IMG/VR virus record: IMGVR_UViG_3300009529_000001
Span: 32,001 to 96,000 of that record
Direction: 5' to 3' (one strand)
DNA length: 64,000 nucleotides
Source of the DNA: a virus
Position numbers and translations under genes: made by a program. Of this stretch, positions 9,517 through 19,324 are shown in pieces. The notes beneath the pieces are model-generated. The model worked only from the letters and a program-made list of their open reading frames with translations, searched no databases and was not told the origin of the DNA. Within the stretch, counting starts at the first letter, position 1. Each line of letters starts with the position of its first letter.

Positions 9517-9924
9517 ATGGAAGAGAAATTTGGATGTTATGCAAAGGAATTGTTGAGTGATGTAGATGATGAAGAAGGTGGAGGTGAGATTCCAACATTA
9601 AGATTCCACGATATATTAGCATTAGCAGTAGAACTTCAAAAAGCTAAGAACAAAACTTATAAAGATTCATGGAAAAAGAATGGAGAATTCTTGTCGGCAT
9701 TTGAAAATGTTTCTAGAAAATATGATAGAATACATAACGTTGTTATAGATTATGTAGAAAATAGTGCACCTTTACCAAAGGGTGACGCTTCTATAGCTCA
9801 AGGATTAATGGATCTTCTTGTATATGCTGGTTTATGGCTTACATTAGTTGCAGAAAAAAGACCGAATGAATTTATAGAACTTTTGGAAAGTATTGTTAAA
9901 AGTATTGAAGAAACATCAAAGTAA
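9517..9924 (+). CDS. nucleotide-modification-associated domain 1 (Nmad1/DUF1599)-like, MazG-fold protein
   Basis: KNKTYKDSW...RKYDRI...DLLVYA pattern; SD AGGAGG. Confidence 0.7.
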   Translation: MEEKFGCYAKELLSDVDDEEGGGEIPTLRFHDILALAVELQKAKNKTYKDSWKKNGEFLSAFENVSRKYDRIHNVVIDYVENSAPLPKGDASIAQGLMDLLVYAGLWLTLVAEKRPNEFIELLESIVKSIEETSK

Positions 9925-10003
9925 TTTATAATTGATTTTACATTTGATGTAACACAAGGCATTATAAAGGGTAGTAAATGTTTAACTTTTTAGGAGGAAT
10001 TTA

Positions 10004-10288
10004 ATGGCTTTTCTAAGAAAACCTTGTATTATTAAGTATAGACCTGATCCAGCTAAAACGATTGAAGATAATTTGAAAACTGTATTTGGTTCTATAGCTG
10101 GCTGTGTTGATGATAATGATTTTGAGATAACTTTAGAAATGACGAATGTTGAAGAATTTGATGCTGAAGAAATAGAAAATCTTATAAATGATTCAATGGA
10201 ACTTGCCGAACAAGTAGAAAAATTAGATCTCAAAACGCCTCATAGTGTTACTCCTGACGGTAAACCACTTTTTACAGAAAAGGGATAA
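10004..10288 (+). CDS. hypothetical acidic protein
   Basis: ORF with SD AGGAGG. Confidence 0.7.
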   Translation: MAFLRKPCIIKYRPDPAKTIEDNLKTVFGSIAGCVDDNDFEITLEMTNVEEFDAEEIENLINDSMELAEQVEKLDLKTPHSVTPDGKPLFTEKG

Positions 10289-10291
10289 ATC

Positions 10292-10462
10292 ATGGCCGAC
10301 AAAAAGGAAGTTGTTAAAGGTTTCTGCATGAAATGCAAGCAGAAGAGGAAGATGGTCGAAACAGAAGAAGTGACCATGAAAAATGGTCGTCCTGCTCTTA
10401 AAGGTAAGTGCAAGTTTTGTGGAACAAAGATGTTCAAGATACTTTCGATTAAGAAGGACTAA
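10292..10462 (+). CDS. DUF5679-like zinc-ribbon protein (56 aa, not in the ORF track)
   Basis: GFCMKCKQKRKM...MKNGRPALKGKCKFCGTKMFKI. Confidence 0.85.
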   Translation: MADKKEVVKGFCMKCKQKRKMVETEEVTMKNGRPALKGKCKFCGTKMFKILSIKKD

Positions 10463-10464
10463 TA

Positions 10465-11412
10465 ATGAAGGTAGCGATCATTGACGGAAATGGTTTGTCA
10501 TTCCGCATTTTCGCTCAATTTAAAGACTCCCCGACAGGTTTGTTAAAAAACAATGTTGGACTTCCGACTACAGTAATTTTTGGATTTTTAAGGTCACTTT
10601 TAAAACTTGCAGAACGTATAAAATTTGATAGTTCTATTGTTACTTGGGATGTGACAGGAAGTAAGTTTAGAAAGAAAGTATATCCTAAATACAAAGCACA
10701 TCGCAAACATAAAGACATGAAAGATTATTATGAGGAGCTTGATGCTTGTCGAGACTATATGAAAGTGTTTGGTTTCAACCAAGCTGTAGCAAGAGGAATA
10801 GAAGCGGATGACGTTATAGCTTGGTTATCTAGGAAATTAAAGAAAGATGGACATAGTCCCATAATTGTTTCGGACGATAAGGATTTTTATCAATGCGCAC
10901 GTGGTGTAAGAATTTTTAGACCGATTAAAAACGAATTTGTAAATACAGAATGGGTTAAAAATGAATTTGGAATCCATCCTAAACATATGGCATTACTTCA
11001 AGCTTTAACAGGTGATAAGGTCGATAATATACCAGGGATCAGAGGGATTGGTCCTAAAACTGCGTCAAAACTTATTAACGAATTCGGAACAACAGTTGAT
11101 AAGTTGGTTGATAATTGTAATCATAAGCGTTGGGGTTCGATTTTAAAAGAAGAACGTGAAAATTTAAAAACTTATCTTCAACTCACTACACTAAGAAGAC
11201 AGTTGAAGGAATATAAAAAATGGGAAAGGAAAAGATTAAGGAAATGTTTGAAGGAAGCTTTTGTAAGAAAACATCCGAAGTTGAAGAAAGTTATTCAGTT
11301 GAAGGAAGATTTGGAACTGGAAACTATTGATATAGTTTTTTTGCTTAGGAGAATAGGTATCCAGGTTTTAGGCAAAAATGGAAAACAAAAAAGACCGGAG
11401 ATAATAGTATGA
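10465..11412 (+). CDS. 5'-3' exonuclease / flap endonuclease (PolI N-terminal, T4 RNase H-like)
   Basis: IIDGN, YKAHR, EADDVIA, SDDKDF, GDKVDNIPGIRGIGPKTA. Confidence 0.95.
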   Translation: MKVAIIDGNGLSFRIFAQFKDSPTGLLKNNVGLPTTVIFGFLRSLLKLAERIKFDSSIVTWDVTGSKFRKKVYPKYKAHRKHKDMKDYYEELDACRDYMKVFGFNQAVARGIEADDVIAWLSRKLKKDGHSPIIVSDDKDFYQCARGVRIFRPIKNEFVNTEWVKNEFGIHPKHMALLQALTGDKVDNIPGIRGIGPKTASKLINEFGTTVDKLVDNCNHKRWGSILKEERENLKTYLQLTTLRRQLKEYKKWERKRLRKCLKEAFVRKHPKLKKVIQLKEDLELETIDIVFLLRRIGIQVLGKNGKQKRPEIIV

Positions 11413-12134
11413 GTATTGATCTATATGATACAAAAATTCTTGTGACGGGTGGAACAGGTACTTTAGGAAATGAGCTCAAGAACTATATTCCTAATGCTAT
11501 GTATCCTTCAAGAGAAGAGTTTGATATTCTATGGCCTACAATGAGATTAAGAGATTTTTTATGGAAAGAAAAAGTTGCAATGATTATTCATTGCGCTGCG
11601 ATAATTAATGACAAAATTGATAAAGAAGATCCTGAGAGTATGACTCTTGCTTTTAATACAAATGCAGGAGCAGTAGCCAGTCTATGTCATGCTTGTCGTA
11701 AAACGGATACACATTTATTCTATATCTCGACAGACTATGTATTTGATGGGAAGGGATCGAAGTATAAAGAAACTGATTGTCCTAATCCTCAGAATTTTTA
11801 TGCAATGACAAAATTACTTGGAGAAGCATATGTGAGATTTGTAGGCGGTCATGTGATAAGAACATCGTTTTGCCATAAAGACAAATGGCTATTCGATGGA
11901 GCATATACAAACGTATATTCCAGTAGAGATACGGTAGATGTGATCGCTCCGTTAATTGCAAAGGTAATAGCAAGAACTGATAAATGGGGACAAATCCATG
12001 TAGGAACAGAACGTAAAAGTTTTTATGATCTTGCTGTTAAAATTAAACCAGACGTAAAACGTATTAGAAATAAAGCAAATAAGGATACTTCTTTTGATTT
12101 ATCGTTGATGTACAAAGTATTGGAGGAAGAATAA
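11409..12134 (+). CDS. rmlD: dTDP-4-dehydrorhamnose reductase-like SDR
   Basis: GGTGTLG, HCAA, ISTDYVFDG, YAMTKLLGE. Confidence 0.85.
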   Translation: MSIDLYDTKILVTGGTGTLGNELKNYIPNAMYPSREEFDILWPTMRLRDFLWKEKVAMIIHCAAIINDKIDKEDPESMTLAFNTNAGAVASLCHACRKTDTHLFYISTDYVFDGKGSKYKETDCPNPQNFYAMTKLLGEAYVRFVGGHVIRTSFCHKDKWLFDGAYTNVYSSRDTVDVIAPLIAKVIARTDKWGQIHVGTERKSFYDLAVKIKPDVKRIRNKANKDTSFDLSLMYKVLEEE

Positions 12135-12745
12135 TGGAATTTGAGTATTTAAAGCACTTGAAAGAACGGGGAGAAGATCCCAAAGGATATGGTAAAACAA
12201 ATTATGAAGATTTTTTAAAGCAGGGTAACTATGTATTTAAAGGAAAAATTGAAGGTGTAGAAATAAGAAAACTTGAAAAGTTTGTTGATGATCGTGGATT
12301 TCTTAGCGAAATTTGTAGATCAGATTGGGAAGAAATAATTAAACTTGCTCCTGGAGGAAGAGATGATATTTTAGGTAACCTTAATCAAGTTTACATCGTA
12401 GGTAATTGGAGCAAAGGAACTGTAAGAGCATTTCATAAACATGAAAAACTTGTAGACTTTTTTGTGATTGTTAGAGGAGTAGCAAAATTTATATTATTTG
12501 ATGATCGTCCTGATTCCCCAACATTTGGGATATTACAACAAATTATTTCAGAAGCAGGTGATCTTAAAATGATTACCGTTCCTTCTGGAGTTTTTCATGG
12601 TTGGCAAAGTCTTTGTGTTGAAACTCTTTTAGTCAGCGTAGCAAATGATCTTTATATGGGATATAATAAAAAAGAATACCTTGATGAACATCGTATTCCG
12701 TATGATATATTTGGGAAAAATATTTGGGAAGTGGAATATAAATGA
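12134..12745 (+). CDS. rmlC: dTDP-4-dehydrorhamnose 3,5-epimerase-like cupin
   Basis: DDRGF, VRAFHKH, DDRPDSPT, VPSGVFHGW. Confidence 0.85.
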   Translation: MEFEYLKHLKERGEDPKGYGKTNYEDFLKQGNYVFKGKIEGVEIRKLEKFVDDRGFLSEICRSDWEEIIKLAPGGRDDILGNLNQVYIVGNWSKGTVRAFHKHEKLVDFFVIVRGVAKFILFDDRPDSPTFGILQQIISEAGDLKMITVPSGVFHGWQSLCVETLLVSVANDLYMGYNKKEYLDEHRIPYDIFGKNIWEVEYK

Positions 12746-12909
12746 AAATGACTTTATTAAATTTTGTGATTTTGATAGTTGTTCTATTTTTATGGTGGGC
12801 TAGTTTCAATGCAGCTAATTGGATAGCAGGACGTTTAGGAGTATATATAACTTTTGGACTTTGGATAGTTGGCGGCATTCTTATTGTTGTATATAAAAAG
12901 GATGAATAA
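12742..12909 (+). CDS. small two-TM membrane protein (55 aa, not in the ORF track)
   Basis: MKMTLLNFVILIVVLFLWW...; ATGA-type overlap. Confidence 0.55.
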   Translation: MKMTLLNFVILIVVLFLWWASFNAANWIAGRLGVYITFGLWIVGGILIVVYKKDE

Positions 12910-12910
12910 A

Positions 12911-13234
12911 ATGAGTAAATTGACGGCATTTATGCTTATTCTTTTTGTATCTGGATTGCTTCTGTTTTTTGTTGGTCTTGGCGTTTCTCGTCCAACAGCT
13001 AAATTTAAACGTGGGGATTTAGTAAGAATAAAAATAAGTGAAGACCAAAAAATTGGGATGATAATAGCACCTGCTTGGTATTTTTCTTCTGGTGTGATTT
13101 ATGATGTAAGAATAACTGTTAAAAGAACAGAAATTCCTTATAATGAATTAGGTAGTGGTGGACCATTAAATGAAACAGAATATCAGATAGTACAATTTGT
13201 AGAATACGAATTAGAAAAGGTAGAATACAAATGA
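12911..13234 (+). CDS. membrane-anchored hypothetical protein
   Basis: N-terminal TM segment, then FKRGDLV SH3/KOW-like segment. Confidence 0.65.
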   Translation: MSKLTAFMLILFVSGLLLFFVGLGVSRPTAKFKRGDLVRIKISEDQKIGMIIAPAWYFSSGVIYDVRITVKRTEIPYNELGSGGPLNETEYQIVQFVEYELEKVEYK

Positions 13235-14268
13235 ATTGGCTATTAATTTCCGGAGGAGCAGGATATGTGGGGACTTTGCTCCTAAAACGTATTGTTAATA
13301 AATACGATAGAGTCGCTGTATTGGATCCTTGCATATTTGGAACAAATGGCATAGAAAAATATACCAATGTTGTGATATTCAAACGTGGATTTAAGGATTT
13401 TCAAAAAAGAATAAGTGGTTCAAAAACTTGTGCAGGCATAATTCACTTAGGTGGGTTAAGCAATGACCCTATGGTAGACAATAATCCTGAAGCCAATATG
13501 CGAATCAATGTAGAGCTAACTAAGCTGCTTACAAAATGGGCCGTTAAAAATAAAATAAAGAAGTTTTTGTATGCAAGTAGTGCTTCTGTATATGGATTCA
13601 ATGATACTAAAGTTTTGACAGAAGAAGATGAACTTAATCCACAAAGTGCATATGGTAGAAGTAAAGTTGAATGCGAAAAATTTTTAGAAGATTGGGAAGA
13701 AATCAATCCTGTTATGGTTCGTAAAGGAACTTTGATGGGCGTAAGTGATAGAATGCGTTTTGATCTTGTAGTAAATACCTTATGTTGGTACGCTTATTTT
13801 GAAGGGAAAATTAGTTTATTTTCAGGAGGAGAAACATGGCGTCCCATGGTAAATGTTAAAGACGCTGCAAAATTATATGATTGGCTATTTCATCATAAAG
13901 AATATGAAAAATTTTCTGGACAAAAAATAAATTTAGTTCATAAAAATTATAGAGTAAGTGAATTAGGTTTATTTATGAAATCTTTAATAGAAAATGACAA
14001 TAAGTATCCAAAACAAATAGAAATTCATTCTGCTTATGCTATTGAAGAACCACGGAGTTATCAGATCAGTAAGGATAAACTCACTAAATTAGGATTTTTG
14101 ACTTATTTTGGTTTAAGAGAAACTGTAAAAGAAATATGGCATAATCTCAATGATGGAAAGTATAAGATTAATGATCCAATCTATTGGAGTGCAAGGTGGT
14201 TGGATCATTGTAAAAAAGTTTGTAATATTATTGGAAGGAAGTTTGATCCATTAGAAACTTATGTTTAA
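13231..14268 (+). CDS. NAD-dependent sugar-nucleotide epimerase/dehydratase (extended SDR)
   Basis: GGAGYVG, ASSASVYG, YGRSK, RMRFDLVVN. Confidence 0.9.
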   Translation: MNWLLISGGAGYVGTLLLKRIVNKYDRVAVLDPCIFGTNGIEKYTNVVIFKRGFKDFQKRISGSKTCAGIIHLGGLSNDPMVDNNPEANMRINVELTKLLTKWAVKNKIKKFLYASSASVYGFNDTKVLTEEDELNPQSAYGRSKVECEKFLEDWEEINPVMVRKGTLMGVSDRMRFDLVVNTLCWYAYFEGKISLFSGGETWRPMVNVKDAAKLYDWLFHHKEYEKFSGQKINLVHKNYRVSELGLFMKSLIENDNKYPKQIEIHSAYAIEEPRSYQISKDKLTKLGFLTYFGLRETVKEIWHNLNDGKYKINDPIYWSARWLDHCKKVCNIIGRKFDPLETYV

Positions 14269-14584
14269 AACAAAGACAAGATTAATTAATACTCTTGGAA
14301 GAGTTTATTACGCTTTTTATTTGAAAGGTGGTAGAAAAAATCCTAAAAGAAAAGATATAGAAGAAAATATATATAAAACAAAATATCCTGATTCTTTGAA
14401 ATCATATCAAAAACTTTTTTCTCGATTATTTATACATATTAATGAAAAATTGACACAAAAATCTTATAAGAAAATAATAAAAATATTAAAAGAAGAAGAT
14501 AAATTAACCGAGAAAAAAAGGCGCGGTTATATTAAGTGCTGGCGTTTAATGGAGAAATATTATGGAGGTTATTCAAGCGAATAG
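14261..14584 (+). CDS. hypothetical basic protein
   Basis: Coupled ORF. Confidence 0.55.
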   Translation: MFKTKTRLINTLGRVYYAFYLKGGRKNPKRKDIEENIYKTKYPDSLKSYQKLFSRLFIHINEKLTQKSYKKIIKILKEEDKLTEKKRRGYIKCWRLMEKYYGGYSSE

Positions 14585-16847
14585 TATTAATGATGGATTA
14601 GCAAAAGTTCTTGAAGGTATAGTAGGTAGAGGGAATAAAGTTGATATAAAAGGTAAAGAAACTCTAGAACTTCATCCTTGTTTAATAGAATTTGATAAAC
14701 CTCTTAAACGTACATTGCTTTATCCAGGAAGGGGTAATAATCCTTTCGCTAGTCTTGCTGAAACTTTATGGATTTTAGCAGGACGAAATGACGTTGATTG
14801 GCTAAAATTCTTTTTGCCAAGAGCGCCTGATTGGAGCGATGATGGTGAAGTTTGGAGAGCAGGTTATGGACCTCGATTGAGGCAATGGAAAGCAGAGGGT
14901 GAATGTTCTAGTGAATGGACGTTCATTGATCAAATTAAATATGTCTACGATACACTTAAAAATGATCTAATGAGCAGACAAGCAATAATATCTTTATGGG
15001 ATCCTGGTGAAGAATGTACTGTGGGAAAAACATTAGATTGTCCTTGTTCCAATTGGCTACATTTTATGGTAAGGAGAAAATATAGGCCAGAATTAGCAGA
15101 TATAAAAGACAAACCTGAAACTTGGACTTTCCATCTAGATTGTGAATTTGTGATCAGATCAAATGATGCAATTTGGGGATTCTGTCTTTCCGGTGCTACT
15201 AAAATAAAATTATTGGATGGAACTGTTAAACCTATAAAAGATCTTGTTGATAAACAGTTTTGGGTTTATTCAAAAAATAATGATAAAGAAATAGTACCCG
15301 GAAAAGTTATAAAATGTAAAAAAACAGGAAAGAAAAAAATATTAAAAATAACTTTTAGTGATGGAAGCTTCGTAAGATGTTCTAAAAACCATAAGTTTTT
15401 ATTAAGAGATTGGAAATATAGAAAAGCAAAAAATCTAAAAGTAGGTGATTCAATTGATAGTGTATATTTTAGATTGAATAAAAAAGGTTATGAACAATAT
15501 AACAACGGTGATGGCTGGTTTAATACGCATATAATGGCAAATATTCTGTCGGAAAAGGGAGAATTAGATAGTAATAATAATTTTCATATAACTCACCATA
15601 AAGATTTTGTTAAACGAAATAATAATCCTGAAAATCTTTTATGGCTGGGGAATTATGATCATCATAGTTTTCATGCTGAATTATTGCGTAAAATGTGGCG
15701 GGATCCTAAATATAGAAAATCAAGAAAGAAAGTTATAAAAAAACTTTTAGCTTTTAATAGAAAACAATGGAAAAATCCTGAATATAGAAGAGAAAGACGT
15801 AAAATCTTAAGTGAAAGAATGATCCAATGGTGGGAAGAAGAAAGATTTGATACTGAATTACATAAAGAAGCTGCTAAAAATAATTTAATCAATTACAATA
15901 AATCTTTTAAAGGGCGTAATAAATCTAGAGAGATTGGACAAACATTTGGAACAGATAATTTTAAGAAATATCACAAAACGGGCGGACATTTAAAAACTTT
16001 AGCAAAAATTCATAGAGAAAAATTAAACAATACTCCAAAAATTAAATTTAAACGCACTAGAACTAGAATCCTTAATGTTTTTAATGAATTGAAAAAAAGA
16101 TTCTTAGAATTTAATGAAGAAAATTATTTTAATTATAAACCAATGGGTAATCCTGGATGGAAAAAAGTTTTTGAATATTTTAAAGATTTGGATGAAATAA
16201 ATGAATGCTTAGAAAATTATAATCACATAGTTACTTCTATAAAATCTGACGGTTATGAAGATACTTATGATTTGGAAGTAGAAGATTATCACAATTTTGT
16301 ATTGGAAAATGGTGTTATCGTTCACAATTCTAATATTAATTTTTATGAATGGAGTGTATTACAAGAAATATTAGCAAGTGTATTAGGTATAGAAATTGGG
16401 ACATTTTATTATTATGTATCAAGTATACATGTTTACAAACATCATTGGAAACGTGTTAAAAAATTATTGGAAAATAAAGAAAAATTTGTAGACAATCTTC
16501 CTGAATTTAGATTTTGTAGAGGGCAAATTAATCTTGATAAATATTTGGAAGACTGTGAAATGTTATGTAAATATGTAGAAGAAATAATAATAAATGATAA
16601 GAAAAAACTTAAATATTTTATACCTTTTCATGGGGAGAGAGGATCTACTTTAAACGATATTGCTTGTTTATTGTCAGTTTTTGTAAAAATGAAACAAAAC
16701 GATAATGCTTGGAGAAAAACTTTGCATTGTATTCCATTTTCTGATTTAAAAGTATCTTGTTATTACTATGCAATGAAAAATATTTTTAAATACAAAGATT
16801 ATACAATTCAAGAAGCAATAGAAAAGGTGCAAAAAAATGAGTATTAA
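14562..16847 (+). CDS. thymidylate-synthase-family enzyme, probable dUMP hydroxymethylase, intein-containing
   Basis: YGPRLR, SRQAII, catalytic PC, spliced motif RSNDAIWGF|SNINFYEWS, SIHVY. Confidence 0.8.
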   Translation: MEVIQANSINDGLAKVLEGIVGRGNKVDIKGKETLELHPCLIEFDKPLKRTLLYPGRGNNPFASLAETLWILAGRNDVDWLKFFLPRAPDWSDDGEVWRAGYGPRLRQWKAEGECSSEWTFIDQIKYVYDTLKNDLMSRQAIISLWDPGEECTVGKTLDCPCSNWLHFMVRRKYRPELADIKDKPETWTFHLDCEFVIRSNDAIWGFCLSGATKIKLLDGTVKPIKDLVDKQFWVYSKNNDKEIVPGKVIKCKKTGKKKILKITFSDGSFVRCSKNHKFLLRDWKYRKAKNLKVGDSIDSVYFRLNKKGYEQYNNGDGWFNTHIMANILSEKGELDSNNNFHITHHKDFVKRNNNPENLLWLGNYDHHSFHAELLRKMWRDPKYRKSRKKVIKKLLAFNRKQWKNPEYRRERRKILSERMIQWWEEERFDTELHKEAAKNNLINYNKSFKGRNKSREIGQTFGTDNFKKYHKTGGHLKTLAKIHREKLNNTPKIKFKRTRTRILNVFNELKKRFLEFNEENYFNYKPMGNPGWKKVFEYFKDLDEINECLENYNHIVTSIKSDGYEDTYDLEVEDYHNFVLENGVIVHNSNINFYEWSVLQEILASVLGIEIGTFYYYVSSIHVYKHHWKRVKKLLENKEKFVDNLPEFRFCRGQINLDKYLEDCEMLCKYVEEIIINDKKKLKYFIPFHGERGSTLNDIACLLSVFVKMKQNDNAWRKTLHCIPFSDLKVSCYYYAMKNIFKYKDYTIQEAIEKVQKNEY
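15183..16328 (+). mobile_element. intein (382 aa) with HNH homing endonuclease
   Basis: Starts CLSGATKI, block B CSKNHKF, HHKDFVKRNNNPENL, ends YDLEV..HNF..NGVIVHN followed by Ser. Confidence 0.92.
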
Positions 16848-18891
16848 TATTGATCATGGAAAAGATGTTAGAGATACATGGACGCATACTGCTCCTCCTG
16901 TAAAAAGAAACCATGTTGAAGAGCGATTTTGTCTTAATGCTGATATTAAAAAACTTCTGTATTCTAATCCTCAAGAATTTGGGTATGATTATTTTGGAGA
17001 ATTTATTTTCTATAGAACTTATAGTAGGTCGAAAGAAGATGGAACAAATGAATCTTGGGCTGATGTTGTAATCAGAGTGACAGAAGGTACATTTTCTATT
17101 AGAAAAGACTGGTATAAGAAATGCGGTATAAGATGGAATGAAAACGCGGCTCAAAGTTATGCTCGGAAATTTGCACTATCACTTTTCAATATAAAATGGA
17201 CTCCACCTGGACGTGGTCTTTGGGCAATGGGCACAGATTATGTATACAAACGTGGATCCGCTGCTTTGTATAATTGCGCCTACGTAACAATTAAAGACCT
17301 TCCTGGAGATGCTCATTGGTTAATGGATATGTTGATGAATGGAGTAGGTGTAGGATTTGGAATCGGTGATAATTTTAATCAATGCTTACAATTTCCTAAT
17401 CCTGATAAACATTTGGAAGTAGTTATTGGAGATGACAGAGAAGGATGGTGTGAATCTGTTAGATTATTATTACAATCTTATATTATACCTGGATTTTCTA
17501 CAGTAAAATTTAATTATAGTAAAATAAGAAAAGCTGGTCTTCTTATAAAAGGATTTGGTGGATTAAGTTCTGGACCTGAACCTTTAATACAATTACATGA
17601 GAGAATAAGAAAATATTGTTCAGATTATATTGGAATGAAAAATAGCGAAACAAGATTGATCACAGATATTATAAATGCAATAGGATGCTGTGTTGTTGCA
17701 GGAAATGTCAGACGATCAGCGGAAATTGCTGTAGGTTCTATATATGATGAAGTATTTTTAAATCTTAAAAATTATGATAAATATCCCGAAAGAAAAGATA
17801 TTGGATGGATGTCAAATAATTCTGTATGGTTAAAGAAAACAGAGGATTTTGCGTATCTTCCTCAGATAGCAAAACGCATTATTGAAAATGGAGAACCTGG
17901 ATTTGTGAATGGAATCAACGTAAAAGAATATGGAAGAGTTGGTAAAAAAGATGTTGTGCGAGAAGATGAAGCAGAAGGAATAAATCCTTGTGGTGAAGTT
18001 CCGTTGGAAAGCTGTGAGGTATGTAACCTTTCGGAGACCTATCCAACAAGATGTAATAGTTGGGAAGATTGGTTAGATGCTTGTGAACATGCAACGTTTT
18101 ATTGTTCTACTGTAGCTTTACTTCCTACACATAGATCAGAAACAAATGCTGTGGTAGCAAGAAATAGAAGGATTGGTGTAGGATTAGTTGATTTTAGTGG
18201 ATGGAAAGAACAAACAAATCTTACTGAGATTACTACGCTGCTGCGTAAGGGCTACAAACATATAAGGTCGGTTAATAAGCGTCTAGCGGCCGAAGCTGGC
18301 GTCCCAGAAAGCATTAGAGTAACGGTTGTAAAACCGGGCGGTACTGTGCCAAAGCTTGCAGGCAGAACAAGCGGTATAGGACATCCTACATTTATTTATA
18401 CTATTAGAAGGGTGAGAATTCAAAACAATAGTCCTATAGCAAAATTTCTTGCAGACCATAATGTGCCTTATGAAAAAGATAAATATAGTGATAATACTTT
18501 GGTGTTTGAATTTCCTATTAAACAGGGTCCAGCAAAACCTGCGAGTGAAGTAAGATTATGGGAACAGGCAATGAACGTTGTACTAATACAGAGGGAGTGG
18601 GCTGATAATGCTGTATCAAATACCATTATGTTCAATCCTGAAACAGAGGCAAAAGAAGTAGAATCTGTAATTGCATGTATAGCTCCTTTGGTCAAGTCAA
18701 TTTCAATGTGTCCACACAGTACAAGAGGAGCCTATGAACAGATGCCCGAGGAAGGATGTAGTAAAGAAGAATACGAAAAAAGGTTAAGCGATATTAAAAA
18801 GATGGATTGGTCCAAATATTCTGGAACAGATGGAATGGATACAAAATTTTGTGATGGGGAGGCTTGTGAATTAGATGTTCAAAATTCTTAA
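16837..18891 (+). CDS. nrdJ: class II (AdoCbl) ribonucleotide reductase, monomeric RTPR type
   Basis: RTYSR, PPGRGLW, NCAY, GNVRRSAE, NPCGE, CNL, VKPGGT. Confidence 0.93.
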   Translation: MSINIDHGKDVRDTWTHTAPPVKRNHVEERFCLNADIKKLLYSNPQEFGYDYFGEFIFYRTYSRSKEDGTNESWADVVIRVTEGTFSIRKDWYKKCGIRWNENAAQSYARKFALSLFNIKWTPPGRGLWAMGTDYVYKRGSAALYNCAYVTIKDLPGDAHWLMDMLMNGVGVGFGIGDNFNQCLQFPNPDKHLEVVIGDDREGWCESVRLLLQSYIIPGFSTVKFNYSKIRKAGLLIKGFGGLSSGPEPLIQLHERIRKYCSDYIGMKNSETRLITDIINAIGCCVVAGNVRRSAEIAVGSIYDEVFLNLKNYDKYPERKDIGWMSNNSVWLKKTEDFAYLPQIAKRIIENGEPGFVNGINVKEYGRVGKKDVVREDEAEGINPCGEVPLESCEVCNLSETYPTRCNSWEDWLDACEHATFYCSTVALLPTHRSETNAVVARNRRIGVGLVDFSGWKEQTNLTEITTLLRKGYKHIRSVNKRLAAEAGVPESIRVTVVKPGGTVPKLAGRTSGIGHPTFIYTIRRVRIQNNSPIAKFLADHNVPYEKDKYSDNTLVFEFPIKQGPAKPASEVRLWEQAMNVVLIQREWADNAVSNTIMFNPETEAKEVESVIACIAPLVKSISMCPHSTRGAYEQMPEEGCSKEEYEKRLSDIKKMDWSKYSGTDGMDTKFCDGEACELDVQNS

Positions 18892-18902
18892 AGGAGAAGA
18901 TC

Positions 18903-19142
18903 ATGGCTGATGAAGAGAAAGTTGAAAAAAAGAAGAAGAGTTGGAAGACTACGATTTGTGGTATTGTGGTAGGATTGGGACTCATTATTAAAGCATTTAC
19001 GCCAATGTTGGATGGAATTGAAGAGACTGTGTTTTCTTTGAAAGAAGCATGGCCGATCATTATTACTGGACTCGGAGCAATGGGAATCGGTTGGTTTGCG
19101 CGTGATAACAAGGTAAGTTCTGAAGATGCAGGAGTTAAGTAA
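18903..19142 (+). CDS. holin-like two-TM protein
   Basis: KSWKTTICG...GWFARD; two hydrophobic helices. Confidence 0.55.
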   Translation: MADEEKVEKKKKSWKTTICGIVVGLGLIIKAFTPMLDGIEETVFSLKEAWPIIITGLGAMGIGWFARDNKVSSEDAGVK

Positions 19143-19324
19143 TGGGTTGGATCAGCGAAATTATAAAAGGCATTGCCCATCTACTGAAAGTCTTTTTTGG
19201 TATGGATAAACCTGAAGAAAAGGAAATAAAAGATGCTCCTACGCCGGATGCTCTTAAGCCTACTGATGATGAGCTTGATGCTGGTCTCGGGATGCATAAC
19301 AATCGGTCCGAGAATAAAAACTGA
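19142..19324 (+). CDS. small amphipathic/membrane protein, possible i-spanin-like
   Basis: N-terminal amphipathic helix; overlaps the lipoprotein gene. Confidence 0.4.
   Translation: MGWISEIIKGIAHLLKVFFGMDKPEEKEIKDAPTPDALKPTDDELDAGLGMHNNRSENKN

Noticed and set aside
14562-16847. Ordinary ThyA or T4-type dCMP hydroxymethylase
   Set aside because: Not favoured: the motif has a one-residue insertion and Asn (GFSNIN..EW), and it co-occurs with hmU-associated genes. Not fully excluded without phylogeny.
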